A stretch of DNA of 64,000 nt from Eledone cirrhosa (GCA_964016885.1 OZ024747.1:24118001-24182000), one strand, 5' to 3'. Positions 1-13,763 are shown, counted from the first letter of the stretch. Notes: a model not told the origin generated them from the letters alone. Program-made: numbers and translations.

Positions 1-1049
1 CACCAGCAAGACTCTTGTCTGATGAACTAGAGTACACATGAAACTCCTGAGTAGACTCATCACTTAGCCATAATAAAGAATATAGTATTATACAATATAT
101 ATATATAATATGAGGTTAACGGGGCTAGCATAAGGTTTCCCTGCTAGTATATATATTATTATGGTTATATGCATTGCAGCGACTGCATTTTCAAATATGC
201 GCGTATGTGTGTGTTTGAATTACCGTTTCAATTTTGACAGTGCAGGCTCACTAAATTATATTATTTTAACTATATTTGCTTAAATTTCTGGTGTCTGTTC
301 TGGCGTCTTACGCTACACACAGACAACACACCTTGACATTCCTGCTGCTTACCTTCCACATTTTACCTGTTTGTTGTCACGTATTTTAATCAACTCCTGA
401 TTATATGAAACTATCTCTATGCTCTTGTTGACCAATCTGTTTATATATATATAAGGAACATTTTTTTTAAATGGTTCGAAAAACGTACCTGGTATATATA
501 AAAGGGATCTTTATAACATGTACTATATATATTACACACATACACACGAACACACTAACACACACACATATATACATGTGAATTGCCATTACTTGATCCT
601 TTCCACACACATGGGGGGCATGAACATCACAATTTAGCCCGGCCAAGTACATACATTCATTTTTGCATATACTGCAGTGAATAATAATAATAATAATTCA
701 AAAAGCCTTTCTCAGCAATGGTCAACTATGATTATGCCCACACATGTGAAAGATGTTAAGATTAAGTGATGCCTGTGCTTGAATCTTTTTTAAGTGCAGA
801 AAAGCCTTGCACTGGATCAATCCCACTCTCTGAACAATGTTGACAGGTATCCATAAAGATGGCTACCATCAAGTTGCAGGTTTTACATAAGAGTTCTTTT
901 TCTAGAATGATGTCCTAACAAGGACCAGATGTCTCTCACTCTTGGTGAGCTAACCACATACTCTAGCACCAAACTGAGTATTTCCATGTCTTTGCGCATG
1001 TTTACATTCAATTATACTTAATACATACATGTATATATGTAAATGACAG

Positions 1050-3070
1050 AATTATCAGTTTCAGATGACAACAGTTATCTCTATGCACCACAATCTGGAC
1101 TAAAGTAAAGAACAAAAAGGTCGATTCTATGAGAAACATTTACTGATGACCTCAACAGATAATACCAACTTCTTCAATCTGGCTGGTGATATCAATGGAA
1201 TTGTTGGGCAACACCAGGGTGGTTACTTCGGAATACAGTTTGGGCTATTGATATGGCTTGACAAAAGAAGGGGGATCAACGCTCTTAGAATTCAGTGATC
1301 TGAATGATCTATTTTAATTTCAGGAAACCAGCTGCCCATTTGATCACCTGGTAGCCAGATTGATTTTCTGTTTGTTAGAAAATAGGATAGATAATGCGTA
1401 TGGTTATGTATGCTAAGACCTTTCCTGATGAAGAATATCCCCTCCTACCACCACCACCAACATAGGTCAGTTATAAGTCACATCAGAACTGTAGGAGACC
1501 ATGGAAAAGGTGGATGAAAGTTAAAAGATCTCTCTGTTAAATATAGGTTCAGAAAAGCTTTATGTAATATGTACAACAGGTAGGAGCAGATAGGCATGTA
1601 TGACATAGAGGGCAATTGGAATTTTCTATGGGCCAACCTACCACAAGCTGTTGATGAGATCTGTGGTTGGAGAAAGGTACTAGCTAGGTGGACGGTGACC
1701 TAATGGGGGGAACAGCACTCTAGGCAGAGCCAGTTGAGAAACAGGCATGGAAATATTGGAAAAATGAGGACTGAAAACAACAATATCAAATAACTAAAAG
1801 AGAAGCTAGATCACGGCTTTACATAGCAGATAAAGAAGCTGAAAGCAGGAGGTTTACCAACATTTTGTAATGTGAAGACCAGAGGTTTTCCACATAACAA
1901 AGCAGCGTGCCATTGTGAATCAGGATGTTGTTGGAGAACTGTGTATTTAAAATGACTCAGGTGCACCTAACCTCTCTGGATAGTAGAAAGAGTATTGGAA
2001 TTGTTATGAGAGGTTGATGAATCTGGAGAATGAGTGGAAAGAAGAGGGACTGAGATGCTGAAATCATCTGGTGAAGTAAGAGTTGAGGCAGTCGCCTGCA
2101 TAGTCAATTGAGTCATACATGATGGTGTTATACCCAATGACTGTTGTAGCAGTATAATTATTAATTGCTACAAGGGAAAATGTGATGCTTTAGAAAAGAG
2201 CAACAGGTATCTGGTCTCTTCCCATTCTCATTGTTGAGGGTTAGGGACCATTGACAATTACACCAATGCTAATCTGTATGATGCTGTATGTCCATGATTC
2301 TTACCAGGGAGGGGGGGGGGTGATGTTGGTGGGTCCTGAATGCTCAATATGTAGAAAAGGAGTAGGTGGGTACTTTATACAATATGAACAATGTGAAAAC
2401 ATGGTACCAAAGATATATAGTGGGATTGTAGGTAGACTAACAGAAAAGATAGACTTTGTAATAGAGGAGTTGCACAAGAGTAGATAGTAGTAAGAGCCCC
2501 AGTGTAATAAACCTTCTCCAGTTCTAGGAAAGTTCTGTAGTAATAGTTGATAGGTTCTGTTACCTAGTTAACTGAATTAACAGTGGAGGAGGTTGCTCTG
2601 AAAGTATAGTAACTAGAATAATAACAGTCTGAAAAAAGTTCAGACAACTACTGCATCTGTTGGCAATAAAAAGGTTTCTCTCCACAAATGTAAGGCTGGC
2701 TGTATGATAACTGCATTGAAGTGTGATGTTGCATGGAAGTGAAACATGGGCTATAAATCCAGAAAACATGTTGTACTGGAGAGAAATGAAGCTTATTTAT
2801 AAATGGCAAATCATGGATGTGCAGAGAGAAAAACTGGGTATATGAGGAATCAAATGCGATGTGCAAGAGAGAAGACTGTACTGATATGGGCATGTGATGT
2901 GTATGGATGATACTCGTTGAGTGAAGAAGTTTCTGGAGACCTGGGCAGAAGTGGTAAGAGCAGATCTCAAAACGCTGAACTTGACAGAAGAGATGATGAA
3001 GGAATGCAGTAGGTGGAAAAGATCTGACAACCCATGTAAGCATGGAAAAACGAATGTAAAAGGACGATGA
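1050..3070 (+). mobile_element. Heavily decayed RTE-clade LINE
   Basis: Broken frames give CSICRKGVG, FCYL..LINSGGGCSESI..RI, LHGSETW and TWAEVVRADLKTL; 3' end catggaaaaacgaatgtaaaaggacgatgat; same family as 57841-59070. Confidence 0.8.
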
Positions 3071-3779
3071 TATATATGTATGTTTATATACATATAGACA
3101 TATATATGTGTATGTGTGTGTGTGTGTGTGTACAAGGGTAAATCTCTACTTTCCTTTGAGAATTGTTAATATAGTTCTACCTTTGATATATGTATATACA
3201 TACATACATCCCCGATCACACACGCACGGGCGTACTTAGCGTGGGTGCTCCCGAAATGTGGGGCCCATAGCTACCTTTACTACTAGATTAATCCAGGTCC
3301 GCCACTAGACCTCGATGGGGTGCTTGAGACTATTCTGAGTGGACACACCAATTCGCAATAATTTTAAGGTGCAATCTAGAAATAAGCATTTCACTGTAGA
3401 TTTTTTCTAAATCTGAGGGTGAACCCAGTGAAAAGTAGAAGTGGGTCGGGTCAGTGCCATCCAGTGACTTTGCCTTTCCTTGGCGACGGGCTCGGGTGAA
3501 CCCGGCACTGTGTACATACCTACACACAGACATAGATTCACACACACATATTAGTGGCCTTCCTAGCAAATGTTACACTTACTACTAGGTTAAACCAACA
3601 CTGCATACATATATACACGCATATATAACTACACACGTACACAAATACTCATTTTCGATCCCTCACAGTCTCCTACATAGACACATACTCACTTAGCGGG
3701 AGACCCCTGAAAATGTGGGGCCCATAGCTATTCGTATTACTAGGTTAATCCAACACTACACTTCATATCAAACATTTTA

Positions 3780-4553
3780 GCCCCACCTCGCAAATCAAAC
3801 GTTAAACTTTTTTTTATCAAATTCAAATATTTTCTAATGAAGCTGTTTATAAAGCAGCTTAATCGCTTTACAAATTTCTCAACAATAACCGTATAACCAC
3901 TTTAACTAAACATTCTCCCCTCCTCACAGTTATACAAATTACTTCATCGTTTCTTATTTAGTTTTAATTTTTTTGTCGTTGTTTTCAGTTGATTAAAGGT
4001 AATTTTTTAATGTTCCCTATAAAAAAAAAACATCTCTAGAGAGGTCTGTCTTTCTACCTATCTATCATTTTGTCTACCTATTTATTATTCTATCCCTCTA
4101 ACTATCGTTCTGTCTACCTATCTGTCTCTCTTATTTGCCTACCTACCTACCTGTCCATCTCTATGTACCTATCTATCGATCTACTTATCTCTACCTACGT
4201 ACCTACCTACCTATCTGTCTGTCTGTTAATTGACTCTGCTGTTCTTATCATTTCATTTCCCTACGAAACATTACTATTCAGCTCGCTGTTTTTGTCAGAT
4301 ATATATTTAATCGATATAACAACTCCTCTATACGTTTTTTTTTATTCACTGTGAATATATTCGTTAAACTATTAGTCAATTCCATTCTATCTCCTATATA
4401 CTACCATTTGTTCACGACATTGTCTGGGAAACTTCTTCTTCTTCTTCTTCTTCTTCTAGTTGAATGTAAGTGCATTAAGCACGAAACTGCTAGTTCTTGA
4501 GTCACTGGTACAGCTTCACAGCTATAATAAATAGAATTATAATCACTCTGGCC
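3780..4553 (+). promoter_or_regulatory. Probable promoter and 5' UTR of the USP12/46 gene
   Basis: CpG-retaining unique sequence upstream of two donor-like sites (AAT|gtaagt at 4465/4466; CAG|gcgagt at 4586/4587); downstream DNA is visibly CpG-poor. Confidence 0.4.
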
Positions 4554-4586
4554 ATGTACTTTGTTTGGTATCTTCCGTTTGCACAG
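4554..4586 (+). CDS. Candidate first coding exon of the USP12/46 gene (MYFVWYLPFAQ), with GC donor
   Basis: gccATG, 11 open codons, then CAG|GCGAGT, which matches the strong consensus expected of GC-AG donors; phase 0 fits exon 2; lies at the edge of a CpG-retaining region. No peptide homology recognised. Confidence 0.45.
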
Positions 4587-5358
4587 GCGAGTGTATGTCT
4601 ATGATATATATATAGGGGGAGAGGGAATCAGAGAGAGTAATCTAATATTATGGCAAAATGTTCTTCCTGTTTAATGAGAGGGAGATGGGCAGTGTCTATC
4701 ACCCTTTTCAGGGCCTCCATAACTGTTGTGAGGGAAGGATCGAGGGAGGCGGTTGATATTTAAAAATATATAAAAATAGCATTTATTTTTAATCCACTGG
4801 TTTTCAACTATTTTCTTCTACACGCCAATAGCCCCCGAGTGATCTAGAATAATCTGACATTTCAAGTTAGTTATGTATCTTAATCTCTGCTTTGCTTAAT
4901 TTTTCTTGTAAAACTTTCAAAGTTTCTGCATTAACATTTTTCAGCCTGTGGCATTTGGGACATTTTTGGGGGTGATGCTCATGTAGGTACTTGGCTATTT
5001 CAGTGGAGAGCTGGGCCTCTGACAATGAAGATTTTGTCATTGTTGGCCACGGCTCATGTTGAAATATCAGGTGATGCTAGTGAGGGTGTTTGGCTTGCTT
5101 CGAAATGTTCCAGAGGGAAATACCACCATCTCTGTTAGTGCATGTTACTGAGGGATCCACCAACATTCTCTGTTGTAGTGTGTAACTGGGGGACCAGCTA
5201 TCCCCTGAGGTAATGCCATGGGTGTCATGGCTTGCTTAAAAAAATGTTTAGAAGACAACAGCATTCTCTGTTGTAGTGTGTTATTAGGGACCAGCTATCC
5301 CCTGAAGTAATGTGTGGGTGTCATGGCTTGCCTAAAAAATTTTTTAGAAGAAACTATC

Positions 5359-6979
5359 ATTCTCTGTTGTAGTGTGTTATTGAAGAACCCTCTGTCACTT
5401 GTAATACTGTGTCATGATGTGCCTCAAAAGTTTTCAGAAGTCAACACCAGTATTCCCTGTTGTAGTGTGTTACTGAAGAACCCTCTGTCACTTGTGGTAA
5501 TACTGTGTCATGGTGTGACTCAAAAGTTTTCAGAAGTCAACACCAGTATTCCCTGTTGTAGTGTGTTACTGAAGAACCCTCTGTCACTTGTGGTAATACT
5601 GTGTCATGGTGTGCCTCAAAAGTTTTCAGAAGTCAACACCAGTATTCCCTGTTGTAGTGTGTTACTGAAGAACCCTCTGTCACTTGTGGTAATACTGTCA
5701 TGGTGTGACTCAAAAGTTTTCAGAAGTCAACACCAGTATTCCCTGTTGTAGTGTGTTACTGAAGAACCCTCTGTCACTTGTGGTAATACTGTCATGGTGT
5801 GACTCAAAAGTTTTCAGAAGTCAACACCAGTATTCCCTGTTGTAGTGTGTTACTGAAGAACCCTCTGTCACTTGTGGTAATACTGTCATGGTGTGACTCA
5901 AAAGTTTTCAAAAGTCAACACCAGTATTCCCTGTTGTAGTGTGTTACTGAAGAACCCTCTGTCACTTGTGGTAATACTGTGTCATGGTGTGCCTCAAAAG
6001 TTTTCAGAAGTCAACACCAGTATTCCCTGTTGTAGTGTGTTACTGAAGAACCCTCTGTCACTTGTGGTAATACTGTGTCATGGTGTGCCTCAAAAGTTTT
6101 CAGAAGTCAACACCAGTATTCCCTGTTGTAGTGTGTTACTGAAGAACCCTCTGTCACTTGTGGTAATACTGTCATGGTGTGACTCAAAAGTTTTCAGAAG
6201 TCAACACCAGTATTCCCTGTTGTAGTGTGTTACTGAAGAACCCTCTGTCACTTGTGGTAATACTGTGTCATGGTGTGCCTCAAAAGTTTTCAGAAGTCAA
6301 CACCAGTATTCCCTGTTGTAGTGTGTTACTGAAGAACCCTCTGTCACTTGTGGTAATACTGTGTCATGGTGTGCCTCAAAAGTTTTCAGAAGTCAACACC
6401 AGTATTCCCTGTTGTAGTGTGTTACTGAAGAACCCTCTGTCACTTGTGGTAATACTGTGTCATGGTGTGCCTCAAAAGTTTTCAGAAGTCAACACCAGTA
6501 TTCCCTGTTGTAGTGTGTTACTGAAGAACCCTCTGTCACTTGTGGTGTGACTCAAAAGTTTTCAGAAGTCAACACCAGTATTCCCTGTTGTAGTGTGTTA
6601 CTGAAGAACCCTCTGTCACTTGTGGTAATACTGTGTCATGGTGTGCCTCAAAAGTTTTCAGAAGTCAACACCAGTATTCCCTGTTGTAGTGTGTTACTGA
6701 AGAACCCTCTGTCACTTGTGGTAATACTGTCATGGTGTGACTCAAAAGTTTTCAGAAGTCAACACCAGTATTCCCTGTTGTAGTGTGTTACTGAAGAACC
6801 CTCTGTCACTTGTGGTAATACTGTGTCATGGTGTGACTCAAAAGTTTTCAGAAGTCAACACCAGTATTCCCTGTTGTAGTGTGTTACTGAAGAACCCCCT
6901 GTCACTTGTGGTAATACTGTGTCATGGTGTGCCTCAAAAGTTTTCAGAAGTCAACACCAGTATTCCCTGTTGTAGTGTG
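5359..6979. repeat. 96-bp minisatellite, about 17 copies
   Basis: Unit cagtattccctgttgtagtgtgttactgaagaaccctctgtcacttgtggtaatactgtgtcatggtgtgcctcaaaagttttcagaagtcaacac; 94-bp variants; degenerate copies at about 5100-5360. Confidence 0.97.
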
Positions 6980-7594
6980 CAGCTGAGTGTACATCTTCTA
7001 TTTATTTGTTTCTTTTGTAAATCATATTCGTAACATAAATCGTGTTTATATATATTTCAGTATTAATGAAATGCACACAAAAGAATTAAGTAACACTATA
7101 TATTATTACCAAGAGCTACCAATCTACTTTCCCTGCCACACATACACACACAAGTAGTTGTCCAATTAGAGTGGAATTCTGGGACCCTTAAACTTCACTT
7201 CCTGTTTGACCTGTGACTATATTGTTGGTCACATTGTATGCTAGTAATGTAAATACTGACCCTCTGTTGGTTAACAGCCACACCAAAGATCAGTTAAGGA
7301 CAACTGCAACTTTTATCAATTTCAGGCTTGTTTTTTTTTTTAATCATTAATAGCTACAAGTTGCTAGGCAACACTAATCAGGTTACATTGCTTGACCATG
7401 TGACCATGTTGTGCTTGGTTAGGTGTGGGTTATTTTCTGTCATGTAGAGACATGTTATGTACTGTATAGATATTGAAGTATTTCACTATAGATCTGACAG
7501 TAATAACACTACAATAGTGACTGTAGCTCTTAGTATATTTGATAGTAAGACAGTTATAATAGTAACTGTAGTTGGGTTTATCTGACAGTGAGGT

Positions 7595-8198
7595 CATTAC
7601 AACAGTGACTGTGGTGGGGTCTATTTGATGGTATGGCAACTACAATAGTGACTGTGGTGGGGTCTATTTGATGGTATGGCAACTACAATAGTGACTGGTG
7701 GGGTCTATTTGATGGTATGACCACTACAATAGTGACTGTGGTGGGGTCTATTTGATGGTATGACCACTACAATAGTGACTGTTGTGGGGTCTATTTGATG
7801 GTATGACCACTACAATAGTGACTGTTGCGGGGTCTATTTGATGGTATGACCACTACAATAATGACTATAGCTGGGTCTATTTGATGGTATGACCACTACA
7901 ATAGTGACTGGTGGAGTCTATCTGATTGCATGACCACTACAATAGTGACTATAGATGGGTCTATTTGATGGTATGACCACTACAATAGTGACTGTGGTGG
8001 GGGTCTATTTGATGGTATGACCATTACAACAGTGACTGTGGTGGGGTCTATTTGATGGTATGACCACTACAATAGTGACTGTGGTGGGGTCTATTTGATG
8101 GTATGACCATTACAACAGTGACTGTGGTGGGGTCTATTTGATGGTATGACCACTACAATAGTGACTGTGGTGGGGTCTATCTGATTGCATGACCACTA
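7595..8198. repeat. 43-bp minisatellite, about 14 copies
   Basis: Unit actacaatagtgactgtggtggggtctatttgatggtatgacc; degenerate copies extend back to about 7480. Confidence 0.95.
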
Positions 8199-9499
8199 AA
8201 CCATGGCAAATATGTAAGATATTGTTCTTCTACCCATTTAGTCTTAAACTGTAGCAATACATCCATATTATTCCAGCATGAAAAATGGATGGACGGTGAT
8301 GTGTGTGTGTGTGTGTATATCATTTATGTTCATACATGGAACAAAGGAGTTGCCCAGGGTTTCCAGGCCCAAATTTGATCACACCTACGGATATTGCTAT
8401 ATATACCTCAACTGCTATTTTATATACCATACACATCAGACTACTAGTGTATATACTATACCATACACACAGACTATCGATGTTCGTGCTAGAAAAGGCA
8501 AGTCACTGCTAAGATTTCACTAGAATAGTTTTTTTAGATAACATTTCACACAGCTGTAACATTGAAATAGATAAGATGATACAATAATAATAATAATAAT
8601 GATAATAATAATTAAAATGAAGATAGAAATAACCTGAATGTGGATAATGAAAATAGAAACAATCCCAGTAGCGTTGGGGATGATTAAAACACACACTCAG
8701 GTACATAACCAAAACCCCAGGAGTTACAATATACAGAAAATAGCACTATGAGGCAATGCACACATATTACATATAGTACTTGTAATACTGTAGAAACAAC
8801 ATAAACAACACTACACATAGCCAGTACTGCGTTCAGTAATGCAGTAACAACGCATAATACTAAGACTAATGATGATAATAATAGTTTCTGATTTAGACAC
8901 AAGGCCAACAATCTTTTGGTGGGGAGAAAGTTGATTAAATTGACCCCAGTGTGTTACTGCTACTTTATTTTTTCGATCCCATAAGGTTGAAAGGTAAAGC
9001 TAACCGCATTTAAGACCACTTTCTTTGCTAATGTGTTAGCCCTGCAGGCCCCATGATAAGCTTCATACTTATCATAGAATCCTTTTTCAGAGGCAAGGCA
9101 ACCTTTCTAATGTTAGTGCAAGAATAAAATACACCAACGTTTTTAATTAAAACTTAGTTTCCTTAGTCTAATTTGACAATCAGCTCTTTTCCTTTTCTTA
9201 CTCTTGCTCCCTATGGAGCATTGAGTGATGAGATTTTTTTCCAGAATGGTTTCTAACCTTGTTACAGCCTGCTCCGAGGTTTGTAACAGAGCTTGTGACT
9301 CATATCTGCCATGTCTTCTTCTACAGAACTTAAGCAGGCGTTTACAGATTTGCTCCACTTTCCACACTACCCTCTTCTTTAGCTCTCATGTGAGAGAGCT
9401 TTCCCTGGTCTCTTCATGAAATTTTTCAGCTTAGCCTTTTCTATGGCCTCTTCATTCAGGATGTGGTTGTGCCAATAATTCTTTTCTTTTTTTCTTCCT

Positions 9500-9825
9500 T
9501 ATCATCATCATCATACATCTATTTTTCCATGCGAGCATGGGTTGGACAGGTCTTCTCTAGCACAGCTTTGCCTCCACTTGTTGCATTCCTTCATCATCTC
9601 TGTAAAGTCCAATGTTTTGAGATAAGGTTTCATCACTTCTGTCCAGGTTTTTCTCAGTTTTCCTCTTTTGCAGCTTCCTTCCACTAGACACTCTTGGCAC
9701 TTCTTCACCCTACAATCATCATCCATACACATCATGTATCCATACTGGTGCAATCTTCTTTCCTGCGCACTAGATCTGATTGCTCTTGTACACAATTTTG
9801 TTTTTCACTCAGCTCATCTGTGCTC
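9500..9825 (-). mobile_element. RTE LINE 3' fragment
   Basis: Minus frame QERRLHQYGYMMCMDDDCRVKKC...RGKLRKTWTEVMK; (TGA)n tail at about 9500-9512. Confidence 0.8.
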
Positions 9826-10534
9826 TCTAGTGTCCTAGCTAATGACAGAAAATACTTCAAAACATTTCACATACAAACTTAGAAATACTGAAGATATCTA
9901 TCAAAGTTCTACGTAGATATAAACAACTCAGGATTGTGTAGGGATTGTTTAGTTTAGCAATATAAAAGATATCTCTCAAAGTTCCACATTATCTTTCTGT
10001 CTCTTCAACATGTGGTTCTGGATTGAGTCCCATTGCCTGGTACCTTGAGCAAGTGTCTTCTATAGCTGCAGTTCACCAAAGCCTTGTGGGTGAAATTTGG
10101 TAGCCATTCATCTACATTTAGTTTTTTTTTAACACCACCAACTAAAAGACTGTGGAACTCTGTCAGACTGATTCCAGGTTAACAAATTCTAGATCTAGTG
10201 GCTTATTTTCTTTTAATTAAGATATTTATCATACTTTGGCTTGGCATAAATCCAAACTGCATCTTATCTAATCTGATTCTTTCTCTAATTGTTGTGCTAA
10301 AACTCCTTCTGTCACTGGTCCATTCTAGGGTATCTCCTATGCTTTTATAGCAATTAATGATTATACTGCTACATCAGTTATTGTGTATGACACCTTGTAC
10401 AACCTGGTGGACTATGCTATTGACTAGCTTGAGCACAACTTCATCTTTAATTAATTCCCATAATTCTCGACAATGATCTCATTATTACTTCCATTCAACC
10501 TAAAATATTATCCATCATCTATCTGTGTTTCTTT

Positions 10535-11050
10535 TACTGCTGTAATTACTGGTACTGCATATCATATTACTGGGTGGTCATCTAAACAGTGTCCTTCCCT
10601 CTGTATCTCTGTCCTACCCCAGCTGTAATTACTGGTACTGTATATCATATTACTGGGTGGTCATCTAAACTGTCATTCCCTCTCTATCTCTGTCCTACAC
10701 CTGCTATAATTACTGGTACTGTATGTTATATTACTCAGTAGTCATCAAAGCAGTTTCTTGCCTTCTGTATCTCTGTCCTATACCCCAGCTGTAATTACTG
10801 GTACTGTATGTTATATTACTCAGTGGTCATCAAAACGGTTTCTTGCCCTCTCTATCTCTGTCCTATACCTGCTGTAATTACTGGTACTGCGTGTTTTATT
10901 ACTTAGTGGTAACTAAAATGTGTCCTTTCCTGTGTGTCTCTGTCCAACTCCTATTGTAATTACTGGTAGTATATGGTTTATTACTGGGTGATTATCTAAA
11001 CAGAGCCCTTTCTCTGGTACTGTATGTTATACTCCTGGGTGGTCACCAAA
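10535..11050. repeat. Degenerate tandem repeat of about 83 bp, about 6 copies
   Basis: Recurring ctgtaattactggtactg...tatctctgtccta at roughly 83-bp spacing. Confidence 0.85.
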
Positions 11051-11899
11051 ACACTCCCCACTATCACCACTACCTGTACCATCATCAAGTGAGCCATTAT
11101 TTTTTATAGAAAGCTGATACTAGAATGTCTGCACAAGGTTGTTTGAAACTGATATCAAGTTCAGTTAAGTTGCTAATTAGTTTTATATCATAGGAATAGA
11201 TAGATATATATAAACTGGTGAGTCATATAATGGCTTGTGTGTGTGTGTGTGTATATATATTGTGTAACTGGTTGTAGTATAGTATATATTGTACCTAGGT
11301 GTTGTATGATGTAGTATAGTGCAGTTCAGTGACTATTGTAGTATATATTGTAGTTGTGATGTGGTGGAGTTTAGTGAATATTGTATTTATGGTGTAGTGT
11401 TTACTGTAGTTGTAGTGTTGTGTAATATAGTGTATATTGCAGTAGTCATTATGTAGTGTGAGTCAGAGACAGATTTATGAAGAGTGGAAAAGGTGACTGC
11501 TCTGGACCCCCTGAAAAGGGGGCCCTGTTGCTAGTTTTAAAAATAATTTTACCTTTTAGACACACACCAGAACTAGGTTTTCAACAATGTATTTGATATT
11601 GCTATTGTGCCAATTCATGAATGAGAACTTTTCTATTTTAGTGACACCAGTTGGCAAAAGTAGGGAGGGTGTTGTATATGTATAGGTATATCAATGATGG
11701 CATTTTATATGTATAACAAAGGTCCATAGCATGTTTCTATTGGTTGTGTTTAATCATGCAATGTAGTTAGTCAATCATATGACAGAAGCATGATAACAAA
11801 TATATTTTCTGAAAGATGCAATCTCAATGTATTTTCCTATCTGAATATTGTGAAGGTTATTTACTTCTACTGTTTTTATGATAAAATTGAAATTGGGGG

Positions 11900-12548
11900 G
11901 GAAATGAAATTAATTTTCCTCATTTGATGCGCCTTTATTTCTGGAAAAGAAACCAAATCGAGATTTTAATATTAAAAAGAAAAAAGAAAAAAAATCCAGG
12001 TAACACTGCGAAACATTGCAGAGATACTTCACATACCTCATATGAGGGTTACAAGGTATTTGAAAAAACTTGAATACATGAATCGTTATGATGTTTTGGT
12101 ACCTCTTAATTTAACGGAAAAAAATTTAATAGAGTGTATTTCCATCTGTGATTCTCTGCTCAAATGAAAATAAAACAATCCATTTTTGAAAATAATGATC
12201 ACAGGTGATGAAAAATGGATTGTTTTCAACATTGTTGAGTGTAAAAGAAGGTGGAGATGAAATGAACCACCTTCAACCATTCTAAAAGCTGTTCTGCACC
12301 TGGTGTGATTAGAAGGGTATTATATATTATGAGCTCCTTCCATGAAATAAGACATTAAATCCAGACTATCATTGTTCTCAATTAGACTGATTATAGAAGG
12401 TAATCAATGAAAAACGTTCAGAATTGGCAAGCCAGAAGGATGTTGTCATACATCAGAACAACGCCAGGCATGTTCTTTGCAGACCCAGCAGAAATTGGTG
12501 CAGCTTGGCTGGGATGTCCTACCACACCCACCATATTCACCTGACCTC
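11900..12548 (+). mobile_element. Decayed mariner transposase fragment
   Basis: atgatcacaggtgatgaaaaatggatt = MITGDEKWI; HQNNAR; LGWDVLPHPPYSPDL; multiple stops and frameshifts. Confidence 0.9.
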
Positions 12549-13763
12549 ATAAGGCCAATGTTTAGCAGAAAAACTGGCCTTAAAACACTTGTTATATAAG
12601 AAGGCCAGTCAAACCTGAAGTGTCCTGACCCCCCCCCCCCCCCCAGGTTTAAATTTGGTCTTGAATAAAGTGTAGGGAATATTGTAGCTGACTGTAGGCA
12701 TGGCTGAGCGGTTTAGAAATTCACTTCACAATCATGAGGACCAAAGCCTTGTGAGTGAAATCGGATAATTGGAAACTATGTGGAAGTCTGTCAGATGGAT
12801 TGTTCCGATAATTCAAAGGTTCAGTCTTGTTGCACATATTTTAACACACTGATTTGGCTGTGAATTACATTAAGTGTACATGTGTCTATAGTATATTCAG
12901 CCACTTACATTATAATACAAAATGTATTAAACCTGTAATTCAAAGGTCCAGCCTTGAGACATAATTTGTCATGCTAATTTAACTTGAGAATCATGTTAAG
13001 AGTACAAGGGGGGGGGGGCGTGGAATATTATACTAGTTACATGCTAATGCATGCATGAACTGGATATCTTGTTGATTGAACAATTGAATGCTGATTGTTG
13101 AAACTGACAGTGGATCTATTGCCAAATATATTGTAGCTGGTTATAGGCTAATGTGTAGCATTGTGGATATTGTAGTTAAGTATAAGTAAAGTATATATTA
13201 TAGATGTGGTGTAGTGTAATGAATATTGTAAAGTGTGGTGAATATTGTTAAGTATGGTGTAGTACAGTTTTATTGTAATGTAATTATAGTATGGAGACAG
13301 TGTAGTGATTGAAATGATTCCAATAATTTGATGCTTCATGTAGATGTAACTTTGTGCATCAAGCTTACAATTTATTCCAATATCACCATAGTAACGGTAA
13401 TATTTTACTTGGCTTCTGTATTTGATGTGAAATTGTGTGTTTTCACATATTCTTGTACTTTGGGAGGGTCATGTTCCTATTTAAAACACACATATTCTGG
13501 TTGTAATTCAATTCAGTTTTATTAATCAGAAAAAGATAAAAAACAAAGGCAACATACATGTGCATGTGCATATACATGTTGAGACTACACCCTGTGGGTA
13601 GAGAGATAAAAGATAAAAAAGATGGAGTAAAGGTGAAATAAATAGAGGCACAGTCATCAATAAGGTCACAGACTGTGCTGAAAGGACTTTCATGATCTAT
13701 TAACTCTTTTATTACCAAACTGCTTGAAACCATCTCTGGATCTACAACACAAAACAGTTTCTT

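Noticed and set aside
4553-4600. Alternative frame LVSSVCT resembling vertebrate USP12 FASICTM
   Set aside because: No ATG after the upstream TAG (4532) ahead of this motif, and the phase is incompatible with exon 2.
5314-7033. Repeat protein encoded by the 96-bp array
   Set aside because: Frame broken by recurrent 2-bp deletions; no recognisable domain or splice structure.
7620-8150. ATG|gtatga within the 43-bp minisatellite as the USP start exon
   Set aside because: Weak donor repeated in every unit; no acceptor or promoter context.
9143-9470. Minus-strand charged ORF (MWKVEQICKRLL...)
   Set aside because: Flanked by stops and no family recognised; possibly a decayed transposon, but not supportable.
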